A stretch of DNA of 64,000 nucleotides, from contig OX597837.1 of assembly GCA_951406725.2 (NCBI GenBank), positions 10,912,001-10,976,000 of the forward strand. The letters are read 5' to 3'. Source of the DNA: Octopus vulgaris. Lineage: Eukaryota. A model generated the notes under the pieces. That model was not told the origin of the DNA. It searched no databases and saw nothing but the letters and a program-made list of their open reading frames with translations. A program made the translations under genes and the position numbers. Shown here piece by piece: positions 61,041-64,000 of the stretch. The number at the start of each line of letters is the position of its first letter. The stretch's first letter is position 1.

Positions 61041-62180
61041 GTATATATAACATTTCATTAAAATATCCCCATTTTCCTAAAAGTTATGAGGGAAAAAGCT
61101 CGGATCTTGTGAATTTTCCGAAGTCCTCTCCCCACCCTCCCGTTGCTTTGTGCGCATTTTTTTTTTTCATATTCGTTTCCTACACATCATTTTACATCTA
61201 TTCCAGTATTTTCTTTTTGGGATTTTCATTTCCGGGTCAAGATGTAAACATTAACCAATGTTTTATATGATACGTTCAACCAGTGTCTGAAGTTTGAAAG
61301 TGTTTAGTTACAAAAAGTTAATTTCTCGATCTGCCGTTCAAAGGGAAAAGATCCGAACATGATTTTATTTAATAGATACAGGTACAAATTAATGTAGTTC
61401 TGAAATAGAATATATTTAATCTCTATTAATCCACTTAAAAAGGTAAAGAAGAAAACTACTTTTAATGCATTCTTTGCAAATTAATCCACTTCCAAAAACA
61501 GGATCCATTTATTCAATACAACGTACAATATATTGCAATATTTTGCGCAGTGTTCCTGGATTTCTGGGAACCAAATAGAAGTCCTGGTACTGTATAATTA
61601 ATTGAGATAAACCGCATACTTTAAAAACTAAAACGCATTTAGCTTTAAAAAATTACAAGCAAAGTGTCAAAAGGAATTTAAGAGAAGCGGTGTATAGGGA
61701 TAAAAAATCAAAGGGTAACTTTCTTATGCTGAACACCGGTTGTTAATTAAAATGGCAGCCAAAAAATGGAAAAACGTCGGATTTATGTAATTTAATTAAT
61801 TTTTAATTAAAATGGAAGTTGTCAACAAAGTGTCATTCGTCAACAAGGTACAGTACACTTAGTTGTGTCTTATTTCTAAATAATACATTGTTTATTATTA
61901 TTTGCCTGTCTTGAATTTGATAAGATTTGAATGAAATTCTTTTTAAGTCTAAACGTTTTCATAACACACTGTTGATGCTAAAGAACAGAAACTGTTATAT
62001 AATATATATTATATGTGTCTTGTGTGTACAAATAGATGGACGGCTGTTACTCCAGTCTGCTTCCAGTATAGAGGTGTGGTTACTGCTATACGTAGTAGTA
62101 TTACTAGTTATGTTATGCAGAGCAAATGTACCATAAATTACAATTACATTTGCGACTTCCAATGCAGAGTTCTAAACAAC

Positions 62181-62183
<3 letters not shown>

Positions 62184-62264
<81 letters not shown>

Positions 62265-62408
62265 GTGCGTGTATGTAAGTATATATATATATATATATTT
62301 GTGTGCGTGTATGTAAGTATATATATATATATATATTTGTGTGCGTGTATGTAAGTATATATATATATATATTTGTGTGCGTGTATGTAAGTATATATAA
62401 TATATATG

Positions 62409-62439
<31 letters not shown>

Positions 62440-62464
62440 GCACACACACACACATATATATACA

Positions 62465-62497
<33 letters not shown>

Positions 62498-62511
62498 GCA
62501 CACACACACAC

Positions 62512-62543
<32 letters not shown>

Positions 62544-62583
62544 GCACACACACACACACACATATATATACATATATATATAC

Positions 62584-62614
<31 letters not shown>

Positions 62615-62720
62615 TATATACATAGAGAGAGAGAGGGGAGTTATGCGTATAAACAAATTAAATATAACAGGTTTGATATCCAATACACACACACACATAT
62701 ATATATATGTATGTATACAT
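62184..62720. repeat. Compound (CT)/(TA)/(CA) microsatellite with higher-order units
   Basis: Seen directly; includes repeated TTTGTGTGCGTGTATGTAAG(TA)n units. Confidence 0.95.
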
Positions 62721-63683
62721 ACTAACAGAAAGAAAGCAAAGACTGACTATTTTCAGACGATTAATATTTAAGTATAAAGATATTTATCAAGCTTACACGA
62801 AACGCAAATATATATATATGCTTTTTAAACTTTGCAACTGGTAGTAGATAGAGCTGTAAATGATAGCATGTAAATACTAGTTTTAAGAGAAAACCCTTTT
62901 GTTAGAAAAATGTCGAAGGTTGCCCGTGGGACTCGAACCACATCTACAAACGTGACAAACCTACTTTTGGACGTCGTAAGTACACACACACATATATCTA
63001 GGGCTGTGTGTTGTGTTCTTGGGCAAGACACTTTATTTCACGTTGCTCCAGTTAACTCAGCTGTAGAAATGAGTTGCGGCGTCACTGGTACCAAGCTGTA
63101 TCAGCCCCTTTGCCTTTCCCTTGGATAACATCGGTGGAAGGGAGAGGAGAGGCTGGTATGCATGGGCAACTGCTGGTCTTCCATAAACAACCTTACCTGG
63201 ACTTGTGCCTTGGAGGGGGACTTGTAGGGACCTTGCTTAGCCCCGCCTGACTGAAATTCTAGATCGAATCCAAGAATTCTCACTCACCAAATCCACCCAC
63301 TATTTGGTGATTAGGCAGGAAAATCTCTTTGTTCTGTCAAAGGGAACATTGATTGATGTGTTTCCCCTTGACCCGTCACCTGGTTGTATCAGGGACCTAA
63401 ATGTGTATAGGCTACTCTTATAATGGTATATCCATCTTTCTAGCTGGAATATCTAATTAAAGATACCCACCCTCTGCCAACACCCACCAATTCTGTAGTA
63501 AAATGGGCCCATAACAACAGTCCCTGCAGTTATATCAACACCGACTGGAAGTCAATCACCTAAGCCAGATGTAATAGCTAAAACCCTGTAAGTTTTATAA
63601 AGATCATAAAAGAAATGACACACAAGCTATCTTTAGCCACAAACCTGCTGTAAAAGACTCACATAAGCAATTATATAATTATA

Positions 63684-63740
<57 letters not shown>

Positions 63741-64000
63741 GGTAAAGACCTCCTTCAGTCATGAATGACCATGGGATTACAGCTAGAGAGTTTGTAGGGA
63801 CCTTGCTTGCCAAATCCACCTGCTATTTGCTGACCAGGTGAGAAAATCTCTGTCTTGTCAAAAGGAACTTTGATTGATGTATTTCCACAGAGCAGCCAAC
63901 AGAGAGCAGGCCAACCCCAGAGTTGTAGGTGCTTTCACTAACTTTTTGATTGCAGAGCGCTGGTATTTATAATGGCCCATTCCAGCTAGAAAGATGGATA

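Noticed and set aside
62144-62771. ORFs rich in YI/CV/HT
   Set aside because: They are dinucleotide microsatellite translations.
63220-64000. Partial direct and inverted repeats at the window end
   Set aside because: They are truncated by the window edge and I see no diagnostic termini, so I left them unclassified.

Overview
Repeat-rich, AT-rich eukaryotic DNA, most likely a coleoid cephalopod (Octopus-type SINE families and dense microsatellites; taxon is an inference). I can reconstruct two protein-coding genes. (1) On +, 23 GT-AG exons between 2561 and 37569 splice in phase into about 1150 aa of a SNAPC4/SNAP190 orthologue with Myb repeats; its first exon(s) lie upstream of the window. 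(2) On -, convergent with SNAPC4, is a probable two-exon gene (48664-47918 joined to 40156-39470, about 477 aa) for a secreted protein with a Lys/Ala/Glu tripeptide repeat and three WSC domains. The rest is mostly mobile DNA: a young 4.25-kb non-autonomous Gypsy-type LTR element with one intact ORF but no RT catalytic core, R4/Dong-type RLE LINEs sitting in (TAA)n tracts, RTE and CR1 fragments, a Penelope-like element, a Helitron, Tc1/pogo-like MITEs and tRNA-derived SINEs. There are also long fold-back hairpins (one carrying hammerhead-ribozyme motifs), minisatellites and a 1.2-kb (TTC)n tract. Repeat boundaries were read by eye and are approximate. Most ORFs in the supplied track are microsatellite or SINE artefacts.
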